Shown here in pieces: positions 18,979 through 28,135 of a stretch of DNA of 64,000 nt. Below the pieces are notes generated by a model. The model was not told where the DNA came from. It ran no database searches and was given only the letters and a program-made list of their open reading frames with translations. The position numbers and the translations under genes were made by a program. Location of the stretch: the sequence record PP496438.1; one strand, given 5' to 3'. Within the stretch, counting starts at the first letter, position 1. Each line of letters starts with the position of its first letter.

Positions 18979-19335
18979 ATGATCAAGTTGGCGCTGGCCC
19001 TGCTGATGACAATGGGGGCCATGTACGGCCTTCCGATGGCACAAGCTTCCGAACCGTTACAAGGTAAGTACGAAGGTTATCAGTTCGGTGTTACTCGGTG
19101 CGACGCCCGCAACATGTCTGATCTCGGTCAGGGTTGCATCATGCGTGAGAGCATGTTTGAAGCGCGTGCCTTCAACTGGTCCGACTGGATCGTTCGGCTG
19201 ACCCAGAACCGAACGGCTATCGTCACCGACATCCGGTATCAAGACGGTAAGTCTGGTGCTGATCCTTTCATCAACGTCTATTACATCTACGACCCGCACG
19301 CTCGGTACGATGAGTTGGCACCCAAGAAGGAGTAG
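18979..19335 (+). CDS. Exported hypothetical protein
   Basis: GAGG SD; signal peptide ending AQA. Confidence 0.6.
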   Translation: MIKLALALLMTMGAMYGLPMAQASEPLQGKYEGYQFGVTRCDARNMSDLGQGCIMRESMFEARAFNWSDWIVRLTQNRTAIVTDIRYQDGKSGADPFINVYYIYDPHARYDELAPKKE

Positions 19336-19339
19336 TACC

Positions 19340-19912
19340 ATGATCATCTTTCCGCCGGGACTGGACGTAACCCAACGAGACAGCGCCGAGTGCGCCTATA
19401 ATCGTCTGATGTTGCAGCTGGACTTAATGGAAGACGACAACGATCATACGCTCGAAATGGAGCAGATGCTGGCCGAACACCGTCAGCAATTGGAACTGTG
19501 GATCTGCATGTTCATGGAGAAGATTGCACTGGGGTTGCACTCCAGCCCGGTGTGGCAAGAGGCCGCAGTGCTGAACATGCAACAGATCCAATCCATCCTC
19601 GACATTATGGTCGTCTTGGTTGGTAGCCTTGATCCCAAGGAGAAGATGGAGGGTGAGTTCCCGGAACGGCGGGCAAGATCATTAGCGTTGGCGCAAGCCT
19701 TTGAGAAACAACGCCGGTACAAGAACTACTTCGTTAGCACGGTAGAAAGTTTCTTTTGCTCATTGTTCCTAGCCGTATACCGATACAACTGGCCTTACGT
19801 GGGCAAGCTATCTCCCGAAGACGTTCGACTGGAACATCTGCTGGAAGAAGGGAAACGCTACGTACGTGCGTTGGAGATCAATCAAAGTCAGATGAATAAT
19901 GCTCGGGTCTGA
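19340..19912 (+). CDS. Hypothetical protein
   Basis: AGGAG SD; helical. Confidence 0.6.
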   Translation: MIIFPPGLDVTQRDSAECAYNRLMLQLDLMEDDNDHTLEMEQMLAEHRQQLELWICMFMEKIALGLHSSPVWQEAAVLNMQQIQSILDIMVVLVGSLDPKEKMEGEFPERRARSLALAQAFEKQRRYKNYFVSTVESFFCSLFLAVYRYNWPYVGKLSPEDVRLEHLLEEGKRYVRALEINQSQMNNARV

Positions 19913-20013
19913 CTGTACTTTTCTACCTTTTCCTCCCGACTTACTACCCCTTGGGCAAGCTAATTCCAAGCATGTCCAACGAAATATATAACCTGCTTTA
20001 GGAGTGCTACCAG

Positions 20014-22887
20014 ATGTATGTAATCCGCCGAGACGGAAGTCGTTCCTTGTTCCAGAGCGAAAAAATCCGGGCTGCTATTGAACGAGCCTTCTTCGCGGTA
20101 CACGGTCGCGACGCTGATATTCCCACACAGACTGGCCGTGTCACTCAGGCAGTTGAGGCTGGCTTGTCCAGTCAAGAATCTGTCCACATCGAAGTCATTC
20201 AGGAAGGTGTACTTGCTGCACTTATCGCTGAAGGCCACCCCCGCGTCGAGCATGCATACCGCGTGTACCGAGACGCCCGCACTGCACAGCGTGAGCTGCC
20301 CCAGGCTTACACTGATGAGAACGGTACTGCTATCAGCATCCCGGCTCTCACCGACATCCTCGCCCGCGTATCCTTCCGCCTGCCCTACGACGTGACGGTC
20401 CACTTGGACCTGGTGGCCGTAGCGCGCTCGGCGTTCCTGCAGATGTTCAACGGGATCAAGGCCGCTGACGTGCACAACGCACTGATCTTGGCGACCCGTG
20501 CGTTCATCGAGCGAGCGCCAGAGTACAGCAATCTGGCAGCGCAACTGCTGCTGGCTCAGACCGCCCGCGAAGTGTGGGATCTTGACGCCACCACGTACCC
20601 CACTGCCGAGACCTACGCCAAGTGCTACAAGCAGGAGACGGTAAGGTTGCTGCTCATCGGCGTGAAGGACGGCATCTACGACCCTACGCTGACCACCAGT
20701 GGCAAACGCGGCTTTGACCTTGAGCTGCTCCGAGCGGCAATCAAGCCGGAACGCGACCTGCAGTTCGACTACTTGGGTTTGCAGACCCTGTACGACCGCT
20801 ACTTCATTCGCCGCGCCGGTGAAGGCGTTCGTATCGAAATGCCGCAGACGTTCTTCATGCGCGTGGCAATGGGCCTGGCGATCCTCGAAAGCGATCCGAC
20901 ATCCTCGGCGCTTGAGTTCTACGACGTGTTGTCCACGTTCGACTACATGGCCTCGACCCCGACCCTGTTCAACGCAGGCACCACCCACAGCCAGATGTCG
21001 AGTTGCTACTTGACCACTGTGCCGGACGACCTGCTGGGCATCTACGGTGCCATCCAAGACAACGCCATGCTGTCCAAGTACGCTGGCGGTCTGGGCAACG
21101 ACTGGACGCCGGTGCGTGCACTGGGAAGCCTGATCAAAGGCACCAACGGCAGATCGCAGGGCGTGGTTCCGTTCCTCAAGGTGGTCAACGATACCGCCGT
21201 CGCTGTGAACCAAGGCGGAAAGCGCAAGGGTGCCGTGTGTGCATACCTTGAAACGTGGCACATGGACATCGAAGAGTTCACCGAGCTGCGCAAGAACACA
21301 GGTGATGATCGTCGTCGTACCCACGACATGAACACCGCCAACTGGGTTCCTGACCTGTTCATGGATCGACAGATGAAGGACATGGATTGGACCTTGTTCA
21401 CTCCGTCGGAATGCCCTGACCTCCACGAGCTGTACGGCGAGTCTTTCAAAGCCCGTTACGAGTTCTACGAGGCGGAAGCTGCCGCTGGCCGTATCCAGAC
21501 CTTCAAGACCGTGCGCGCCAAGGACTTGTACCGCAAGATCCTGTCCATGATCTTCGAAACCGGCCATCCATGGATCACGTTCAAAGATCCGTGCAACATC
21601 CGCAGCCCGCAGCAACACGTCGGCGTCGTGCACAGCTCCAACCTGTGTACTGAGATCACCCTGAACACGAAGTCCTCCACGCCTGAACTCAAGGACGGCG
21701 AGACGGCAGTGTGCAACTTGGGTTCGATCAACCTGCCACGCCACTTGAAATACGTGGGCGAAGGTGGACAGTCTCTGGATATCGACCACGAGAAGCTGAA
21801 GCGCACCGTGACTCTGGCCGTGCGTATGTTGGACAACGTGATCGACATCAACTTCTACCCGACCAAGGAAGCGAAGAACAGCAACATGCGCCACCGTCCG
21901 ATCGGTCTGGGTGTCATGGGCTTCCAAGACGTGTTGTACGCCAACAACGTCGGCTATGACAGCGAGCTGGCTACGTTCTGGGCGGGCTACTTCCAGCGGT
22001 CCATCGCCTTGTACGCCATCAACGCATCATGTGATCTGGCCCAACTACGCGGTGCGTACGAATCATTCCAAGGTTCGGATTGGTCGCTGGGTGTTCTTCC
22101 AGTTCACACGTTCCAAACCCAGATCGATATCCGTCGTCGTCAGGGCTTCAAGGTGGAAGCAGCGCAGAAAGCCCAAGATCATGCGTACTTTATCGGCAAA
22201 ACCAAGATCAATGGCAAGACGCTGGCCGAACTGGAAAGCTACTTGGCGAACAAGGTAACTCACGGCATGCGTAACAGCAACGTGATGGCGATTGCGCCGA
22301 CGGCTACCATCTCGAACATCGTGGGTGTGACTCAGAGCATCGAGCCTACGTACGAGCAGGTGTTCGTCAAGGACAACCTGAGCGGCAAGTTCACCGTGAT
22401 CAACCGCTTCTTGGTTGAGCAGCTGCGTAATTGCGGTCTGTGGGACTCGGACATGCTCGACCAGCTCAAGATGAACAACGGGTCCATTCAGGTAATCCCT
22501 GAAATCCCGGAAGGCATCAAGGACGTGTATCGCACCGCGTTCGAGTACGAGCCTGAAGTGCTGATCAACTGTGCCATCCAGCGTCAGATCCCAATCGATC
22601 AGGCACAGTCGCTCAATCTGTACATGGCGAACCCGTCGGGTAAGAAGCTGGCGAACACGTACGACTACGGCTTCGAGATTGGGTTGAAGACCACGTATTA
22701 CCTCCGCGCCAAGGCTGCGTCGTCCATCGAGAAGTCCACCAGTCGTACCGGCGGCGAGCTGAACAGCGTCAAGAACGCTGCTAAGGTAGAAGCCCCCGTT
22801 GCTACTCCAATGCCGGAAGCTGAAGGTGCTGCTTGCTTCCTGCGTCCAGGTGATCCGGGCTTCGCAGAGTGCGAAGCGTGCCAGTAG
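20014..22887 (+). CDS. nrdA: Class Ia ribonucleotide reductase alpha subunit with two ATP cones
   Basis: VIRRDG ATP cone, PTLFNAGT, SSCY, SNLCTEI, CNLGS, TYY, C-terminal CEACQ. Confidence 0.97.
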   Translation: MYVIRRDGSRSLFQSEKIRAAIERAFFAVHGRDADIPTQTGRVTQAVEAGLSSQESVHIEVIQEGVLAALIAEGHPRVEHAYRVYRDARTAQRELPQAYTDENGTAISIPALTDILARVSFRLPYDVTVHLDLVAVARSAFLQMFNGIKAADVHNALILATRAFIERAPEYSNLAAQLLLAQTAREVWDLDATTYPTAETYAKCYKQETVRLLLIGVKDGIYDPTLTTSGKRGFDLELLRAAIKPERDLQFDYLGLQTLYDRYFIRRAGEGVRIEMPQTFFMRVAMGLAILESDPTSSALEFYDVLSTFDYMASTPTLFNAGTTHSQMSSCYLTTVPDDLLGIYGAIQDNAMLSKYAGGLGNDWTPVRALGSLIKGTNGRSQGVVPFLKVVNDTAVAVNQGGKRKGAVCAYLETWHMDIEEFTELRKNTGDDRRRTHDMNTANWVPDLFMDRQMKDMDWTLFTPSECPDLHELYGESFKARYEFYEAEAAAGRIQTFKTVRAKDLYRKILSMIFETGHPWITFKDPCNIRSPQQHVGVVHSSNLCTEITLNTKSSTPELKDGETAVCNLGSINLPRHLKYVGEGGQSLDIDHEKLKRTVTLAVRMLDNVIDINFYPTKEAKNSNMRHRPIGLGVMGFQDVLYANNVGYDSELATFWAGYFQRSIALYAINASCDLAQLRGAYESFQGSDWSLGVLPVHTFQTQIDIRRRQGFKVEAAQKAQDHAYFIGKTKINGKTLAELESYLANKVTHGMRNSNVMAIAPTATISNIVGVTQSIEPTYEQVFVKDNLSGKFTVINRFLVEQLRNCGLWDSDMLDQLKMNNGSIQVIPEIPEGIKDVYRTAFEYEPEVLINCAIQRQIPIDQAQSLNLYMANPSGKKLANTYDYGFEIGLKTTYYLRAKAASSIEKSTSRTGGELNSVKNAAKVEAPVATPMPEAEGAACFLRPGDPGFAECEACQ

Positions 22888-22912
22888 TCTGATCCAGCTG
22901 TAATGTAAATGA

Positions 22913-22946
22913 TAGGGCGGGCAGGCAACTGTTTCCGCCCTATTTC
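22913..22946 (+). terminator. Terminator-like hairpin directly after a GTAAATGA motif
   Basis: ATAGGGCGG..CAG GCAA CTG..CCGCCCTAT TT. Confidence 0.55.
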
Positions 22947-22971
22947 ATCTGTTGCACATGGGGCTTACCTT

Positions 22972-23757
22972 ATGAGTGCTGTACCTAATCGTGTGTCCCT
23001 AGTGGACAAGCGCATCTTCAACGGAAAGGCTGATGTCAACGCCTTGCTACCGCTTCGGTATCCGTGGGCCTATGACGCCTACGTGAACGCGAACAAGAAC
23101 CACTGGCTTCCCGGCGACATCCACCTCGATCTGGATCGAGTCAACCATGAACATCAGTCGTACTGGCCTGCTGTCAGCCGGTTCCTGATCAGCGTAGCCC
23201 AGCGCGCCGAGATCGATCGACAGCACATGCTCTTCGTGTATCGGGCCACCACGGCGCCCGAGGTTCGTCAGCGCTTCCTCCGTATGGGTCAGGAAGACAC
23301 CATTGCCATCATGCTGGCGCAAGACATGGGGCTGGCACTGGAAGACTTCATCCCGTCTCCAGAGGTGGTGTTGTACAAGACGGAGAAAGCCTACCTGGCC
23401 GGGCTCATGGAACTGATCGAGCGTAAGCTCTTGTCCGTGGCCGAAGGCAAGTACATCCTCGAAGAAGTACCGGGGGTGCACCAGAATATCCGCAAAGCAG
23501 TTGAGAACATCCACCGGGACGTGGACTCTCAGTTGGACTTCCTGTTCACCCTGCTACGCACCTTACTTGGCGAATGCGAGGTCAGCTCCTACCGGGGTTG
23601 CAACACGCAAGCGTTCTGGCAGAGCAGCAACCAGTACCACGCCCACCTGAACTCGATTGTTCTGAACGTTCTGACGGGGGCGCCGGTTACCCCTACGCCG
23701 TATCAGACACAGGTGGTCGCAGACAACCAAACCAAAGACACACTGACCTGGGACTGA
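22972..23757 (+). CDS. Degenerate RNR beta paralog (metal ligands and radical Tyr lost)
   Basis: KRIFNGKADVN..YPWAY..NHWLP, TAPEVRQ..LR; EExxH becomes EDxxA; RDExxH becomes RDVxxQ; ends LTWD. Confidence 0.75.
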   Translation: MSAVPNRVSLVDKRIFNGKADVNALLPLRYPWAYDAYVNANKNHWLPGDIHLDLDRVNHEHQSYWPAVSRFLISVAQRAEIDRQHMLFVYRATTAPEVRQRFLRMGQEDTIAIMLAQDMGLALEDFIPSPEVVLYKTEKAYLAGLMELIERKLLSVAEGKYILEEVPGVHQNIRKAVENIHRDVDSQLDFLFTLLRTLLGECEVSSYRGCNTQAFWQSSNQYHAHLNSIVLNVLTGAPVTPTPYQTQVVADNQTKDTLTWD

Positions 23758-23759
23758 CT

Positions 23760-24734
23760 ATGACCGTTCTTACTCACGTAAACCCGCACGAACATGAGTG
23801 GGCGTTGGAAAAGACCTTGGCGTCAAACTCGAACCATTGGTTGCCCCAAGAGATTGGACTGTCCACCGACATCCTGCAATGGAAGACCGGACAGTTGAGC
23901 GACGACGAGATGCGCATGGTCAAGCGTAATCTAGGGTTCTTCTCCACCGCTGATTCGCTGGCCGCGAACAACATCATTCTCGGCACCATACGCCACATCA
24001 AGAACAGGAACTGTCGCCACTACCTGTTCCGACAAGCGTATGAAGAGGCATTCCACACGGAGTCCTACGCGTACGTGATCGAGAGCCTTGGCTTGGATCA
24101 GGGTGAGATCTTCAATGCGTACAACGAGATCGAGTCGATCCGGGCCAAAGACGAATTCCTTCTTCCGTACATCGAGGTGCTGACTGATCCGGCGTTCCAA
24201 GCGGACACCATCGAGAACGTCCAGATCCTGCTCAAGTCGCTGTTCGCATTCGCGTGCATCATGGAAGGTCTGTTCTTCTACGTCGGCTTCGTCCAGATGC
24301 TGTCGCTGGGCCGTCGCAACAAGTTGCCCGGTTCCTCGCAAGAGTTCCAGTACATCCTGCGCGACGAGAGCGGCCACTGCAACTTCGGTATCGACCTTAT
24401 CAACACGATCAAGCGCGAGTACCCCGGCGTGTGGACTGCGGAACTCCAGAAGGAGTGCACCGACATGTTGCGCACCGGCGTTGACCTGGAGCAAGCCTAC
24501 GCGGTAGACACTCTGCCCAACGGTGTGCTGGGTCTGAACGCGGACAACACACGCCAGTACCTGGAGTTCATCGCGGACCGCCGCTGCATTCAGGTGGAGC
24601 TGCCGGTACAGTACAACCAGAACGACAACCCGTTCCCGTGGATGTCGGAGATGGTTGACTTGAACAACGAGGAGAACTTCTTCGAGAAGAAGGTGCTTGC
24701 GTACCAGCAAGCCGCCGGACTGGAGTGGGACTAA
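23760..24734 (+). CDS. nrdB: Class Ia ribonucleotide reductase beta subunit
   Basis: FFSTAD, EEAFH..Y, MEGLFFY, RDESGH; ends LEWD. Confidence 0.95.
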   Translation: MTVLTHVNPHEHEWALEKTLASNSNHWLPQEIGLSTDILQWKTGQLSDDEMRMVKRNLGFFSTADSLAANNIILGTIRHIKNRNCRHYLFRQAYEEAFHTESYAYVIESLGLDQGEIFNAYNEIESIRAKDEFLLPYIEVLTDPAFQADTIENVQILLKSLFAFACIMEGLFFYVGFVQMLSLGRRNKLPGSSQEFQYILRDESGHCNFGIDLINTIKREYPGVWTAELQKECTDMLRTGVDLEQAYAVDTLPNGVLGLNADNTRQYLEFIADRRCIQVELPVQYNQNDNPFPWMSEMVDLNNEENFFEKKVLAYQQAAGLEWD

Positions 24735-24735
24735 C

Positions 24736-24837
24736 ATGATCTATACGTGTCCGAAGTGTAACCGGTTGCATTCAGATGGGACAAGCAACTTCGAGCTAGT
24801 CGTTCTGTGCCGGTATTGCAACCCACTGAAGGGGTAA
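24736..24837 (+). CDS. 33-aa Cys4 (Zn-ribbon/rubredoxin-like) peptide (absent from ORF track)
   Basis: MIYTCPKCNRLHSDGTSNFELVVLCRYCNPLKG; starts 1 nt after nrdB stop. Confidence 0.6.
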   Translation: MIYTCPKCNRLHSDGTSNFELVVLCRYCNPLKG

Positions 24838-24851
24838 TACGGTCCGGTAAA

Positions 24852-24882
24852 TAGGGGAGTGAGCAATCGCTTCCCTATTTTT
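24852..24882 (+). terminator. Terminator-like hairpin overlapping a GGTAAATAG motif
   Basis: ATAGGGGAGTGA GCAA TCGCTTCCCTAT TTTT. Confidence 0.6.
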
Positions 24883-24898
24883 ATGTCTGGAGTCTTCT

Positions 24899-25333
24899 AT
24901 GAAGCGGCCAGTGTGGGTCACTTTGACCGGTAAGACCAAGAAGCACAACGTCCCCTACCTGATTGATCAGCGCTACGTGCGTGAGTGGCTGCACTGGGGA
25001 CTGAAGATGCAGCCAACGCAGTTTCCACCTCCATCGGACACGCTGGTAGGTTCCCACTCCGCTTCGTGGAAGTTCTGGGACATTCGCAAGTTCTACCTGT
25101 GGAGCGTTACGTGCACCTGCATCTACACCGGTGAAGTGCACCACCTTGGCGGCGGTTCATGGCTGACCAAATCTCAAGCGAAAGTCCTGCAAGATGATGG
25201 TATCGAGCTGGGTATCTTGTTGAACACCATTCCACAGTGGGCGGTGGATATGGGCCTGCTCAAGCCTTGGTGCTTCGTACAGGACCTATTCGCATTCCGC
25301 AATCCCTTCCCTCAACGGGAGAAGAACAAATGA
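24899..25333 (+). CDS. Hypothetical Trp-rich protein
   Basis: GGAG SD. Confidence 0.6.
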   Translation: MKRPVWVTLTGKTKKHNVPYLIDQRYVREWLHWGLKMQPTQFPPPSDTLVGSHSASWKFWDIRKFYLWSVTCTCIYTGEVHHLGGGSWLTKSQAKVLQDDGIELGILLNTIPQWAVDMGLLKPWCFVQDLFAFRNPFPQREKNK

Positions 25334-25659
25334 ATGCCAAACCCACCCCAAAGATTCGGCGCAAGGTATACGCCGAGCTGGCGGTCCCCAAGGAAGAGCC
25401 GGGGCAGAATAAAGCCAAGATCCGTTTCGCTGTCGGGGATAGCGTGACTCAAGGTTACGTGGAGCGGCATACGGATAAGATGTATGCCAACTTTGAAGCT
25501 CTAGTTCAAGCGGTCAAGCTCGATATCAAGACCACTCCCGAAGTTTCTGATCTGCGGAGTGAAATCGACGACATCATGGAAGAAGCTCACGCCAAGGTTA
25601 TTGACGTGCTGGTCCGTGAAGGCATCATCGAGCGTCCGACCCTACCCCACTACGATTAG
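25330..25659 (+). CDS. Hypothetical protein
   Basis: ATGA overlap with upstream stop. Confidence 0.6.
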   Translation: MNAKPTPKIRRKVYAELAVPKEEPGQNKAKIRFAVGDSVTQGYVERHTDKMYANFEALVQAVKLDIKTTPEVSDLRSEIDDIMEEAHAKVIDVLVREGIIERPTLPHYD

Positions 25660-25666
25660 GTGATTT

Positions 25667-25966
25667 ATGCCGGACTGCTTTGTAGTACATGCCGAAGCGA
25701 TGTACGAAGCCCCTGTACCCATCAAGGTGTTCCGGCGCAAGTACAAAGCCAAACTCTTCATCAAAGAACTACGCGCGTATCATGCGCAGCGTCCCGTCTT
25801 ACCCTCCACGTTCAACGAGTTAGGTGTGGGGTATCCCGAAAGCATCTACGCCGCGCACATGGATGCGTACCACATGGATCACATGGACTGGTCTAGTTCC
25901 CATCCGGCGGGTATGGCCGGAGAAGGCGCTGACGACTTCACATTCACCCAATTACCTTTGGAATAG
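25667..25966 (+). CDS. Hypothetical protein
   Basis: AGGT SD; tight packing. Confidence 0.6.
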   Translation: MPDCFVVHAEAMYEAPVPIKVFRRKYKAKLFIKELRAYHAQRPVLPSTFNELGVGYPESIYAAHMDAYHMDHMDWSSSHPAGMAGEGADDFTFTQLPLE

Positions 25967-25969
25967 AAA

Positions 25970-27124
25970 ATGAACGATGATCTGAAAATCACAGAGGTTA
26001 ACTCTGTGAAGGAATACGATGAACACGTGGAAGAGCTGCTGCTGACCTTGTTGGGGCTGGGTTCTTCCACTACTCGCAACGACCAAGGTACTCGCAAGCT
26101 CGGCGCCACATCCATCAGCTTCAACCTGCTGTCGATGTATCCCTCGATCCCGATGACCACGCTGCGCCCGATCTCGTGGACCAGTATCCTCGGCGAGATG
26201 CTGGGTTTCATCCGTGGCGAGACCAACGTGCAAGCGTTCAAGGGCCTTGGCACCAACGTCTGGAACGCCAATGCCAAGGAGCCCGCGTGGAAGAACGACT
26301 TGCTGGCGCCGAACGAAGGTGACCTCGGGCCGATCTACGGCAAGCAGTGGCGCAAGTGGGAAGATATCAAGCTGGCGGATTATGGACGTGATCTGTCCAA
26401 GCTAGGCTACACACAGGTGGGCTGGCTGCATGACGGATCGAGTTGGGAGACTGTAGGCTCGCCGAATCCCGGTGTATGGCGTCGGGAGGTTGACCAGCTG
26501 ATGGACGCCTTGAACCGTATTAAGTCCAATCCTAACGATCGTCGCGCTGTCATCTCGGCGTGGAATCCCGGTGACATGGATTTCATGGCTCTGCCGCCGT
26601 GCCACGTGATGATGCAGCTGACCACGGTGCCTTACGCCCAGCACAAGTACGGCACCTACACAGATGGTGCCAGCGACTTCGAGATCGACTTCAACGAGAA
26701 GTACCCGGAGCAGGTAGTATCGGATACTGTCGAGCCGAATAGCAGCGGAGAGACTGTTCCCCGGTACGCGCTCAATCTGGTCGTGACTCAGCGCAGCCAA
26801 GACACCCTGCTCGGTCGGGCGTATAACATTCCGGCGTATGCCACTCTGCTTCGCCTGTTCGCTCACCTGCTGGAAATGGCGCCGGGTAATCTGGAGTTCA
26901 ACGTCGGCGACCAGCATTTGTACAGCAACCATGAAAAGGCGGCTGACGAGATTACTGACCGCGAAAGTCTGGACAAGGATGAAGAAGGCGAAAAGCTATT
27001 CCAACTCTCTATCGTCGGCGTGGACAAGTTCAAAGATCTGGACACCCTCACCGCCGACAACTTCATTCTGACCCATCAGGTTACACATGACAAGCTGGAG
27101 TCCGACACCAAGATGACGGTGTAG
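25970..27124 (+). CDS. thyA: Thymidylate synthase with insertions
   Basis: RNDQGT, GDLGPIYGKQWR, RRAVISAWNP, ALPPCH, QRSQD, YNI, GDQHLYSNH. Confidence 0.92.
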   Translation: MNDDLKITEVNSVKEYDEHVEELLLTLLGLGSSTTRNDQGTRKLGATSISFNLLSMYPSIPMTTLRPISWTSILGEMLGFIRGETNVQAFKGLGTNVWNANAKEPAWKNDLLAPNEGDLGPIYGKQWRKWEDIKLADYGRDLSKLGYTQVGWLHDGSSWETVGSPNPGVWRREVDQLMDALNRIKSNPNDRRAVISAWNPGDMDFMALPPCHVMMQLTTVPYAQHKYGTYTDGASDFEIDFNEKYPEQVVSDTVEPNSSGETVPRYALNLVVTQRSQDTLLGRAYNIPAYATLLRLFAHLLEMAPGNLEFNVGDQHLYSNHEKAADEITDRESLDKDEEGEKLFQLSIVGVDKFKDLDTLTADNFILTHQVTHDKLESDTKMTV

Positions 27125-27138
27125 ACCTAGGAGGTTAC

Positions 27139-27363
27139 GTGGAAGAATACATAACGGTTGACGGGGTACGAATTACCTTACCCACTTCGAGCCCAACCCG
27201 ATCACTTCTTGATGACTACGAAGAAGAGTACAAACTGCTTGAGTACAAGCTCCACGAATCGATAAATACAGACACAACTATGTGGCAGGAAGACTTTGCT
27301 CGTATGAAATACTTGCGGTCAGAATTGGAAGCCATGTCTATCACGCCTGAGAAGAAGGAATAA
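27139..27363 (+). CDS. Hypothetical protein
   Basis: AGGAGG SD, GTG start. Confidence 0.6.
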   Translation: MEEYITVDGVRITLPTSSPTRSLLDDYEEEYKLLEYKLHESINTDTTMWQEDFARMKYLRSELEAMSITPEKKE

Positions 27364-27365
27364 CC

Positions 27366-28133
27366 ATGAGCACCAACGCACCAATCAATTCCCGCACACT
27401 CAACCTGAAACCTCGCTCCGTTCAAGTCTATGACCTGATCTTAGACGAGTCAGTGGATAACCGCTCGCTGCCCGAACAGATGCACAGTGTGATCGAAGAA
27501 ATATTCAGCTGGACGCTCCACGAAGAGGGTACGGTGGGTGATAGCTCCAACGAAGAACGTAAGGGTGGCACGGTCATCGACACCGAATACCTTACCAAGG
27601 CAACCATCGTCGCTGTCATCTACGACCCGAGCATTCGCGTCGCCTACCTGGTTGGGCAGGAACGTCGGGATGAAATGATCTCCGGCTCTTTCCCCGGCAA
27701 GCCGATGAACCCTGACTTCTACCTGAGTACCGACGCTCAGGAATGGACGTCGGCCTTTTTCAACATCAACGGCAACTGTCTGAAAGACCTGACCGAAGAT
27801 ACGTTGTTCGGCTGGTTCGCCAACGCCATCGAGCGCGGCAAGTCTGACGGCACCAGTGATACCTATAACAAGCTGGGTATCGTGCAACCCGGCCTGCAAG
27901 GCATCAAGAAGGGCATTCCGTTGATGTCCCTGATCGAGGCGGGTATCCTTCCGCACACTGCGTACTGGTCCGATCCTCAGGCTCCTGAATACGTCAAGTG
28001 GCTTGAGCGCCAAGGCCGGGTCGCTAAGCTCTGCGCACACGCCGACGCCATTGCGGCAGACGGCGCGGCTGCTCTGCTCGACGAGAAGCGCGAGTATGAA
28101 ACTATCAACCAGAAAGAAGAGAAGGAGTCCTGA
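27366..28133 (+). CDS. Hypothetical protein
   Basis: AAGGA SD; operonic. Confidence 0.6.
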   Translation: MSTNAPINSRTLNLKPRSVQVYDLILDESVDNRSLPEQMHSVIEEIFSWTLHEEGTVGDSSNEERKGGTVIDTEYLTKATIVAVIYDPSIRVAYLVGQERRDEMISGSFPGKPMNPDFYLSTDAQEWTSAFFNINGNCLKDLTEDTLFGWFANAIERGKSDGTSDTYNKLGIVQPGLQGIKKGIPLMSLIEAGILPHTAYWSDPQAPEYVKWLERQGRVAKLCAHADAIAADGAAALLDEKREYETINQKEEKES

Positions 28134-28135
28134 TC

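Noticed and set aside
19975-19995. Possible NrdR box (ACGAAATATATAACC) upstream of nrdA
   Set aside because: Only the ATATAT core matches, the palindromic flanks are missing and there is a single copy
19960-21927. Long minus-strand ORFs mirroring real genes (also 796-1845, 5324-6562, 17729-18961, 34922-36073, 37995-39059, 49851-50858)
   Set aside because: Antisense shadows of high-GC, codon-biased + strand genes; no SD, no motifs
22972-23757. Simple nrdB pseudogene
   Set aside because: No frameshift or stop; loss concentrates on metal and radical residues while the N-terminal segment and WD tail are kept
23760-24734. Class Ic (Mn/Fe) RNR beta
   Set aside because: First ligand is Asp (TADS) and the radical Tyr (HTESY) is retained, so class Ia
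25970-27124. dCMP hydroxymethylase instead of ThyA
   Set aside because: Keeps the dUMP-specifying Asn (YNI), and DHFR plus a dUTPase-like gene are present; a dUMP-modifying variant is not strictly excluded
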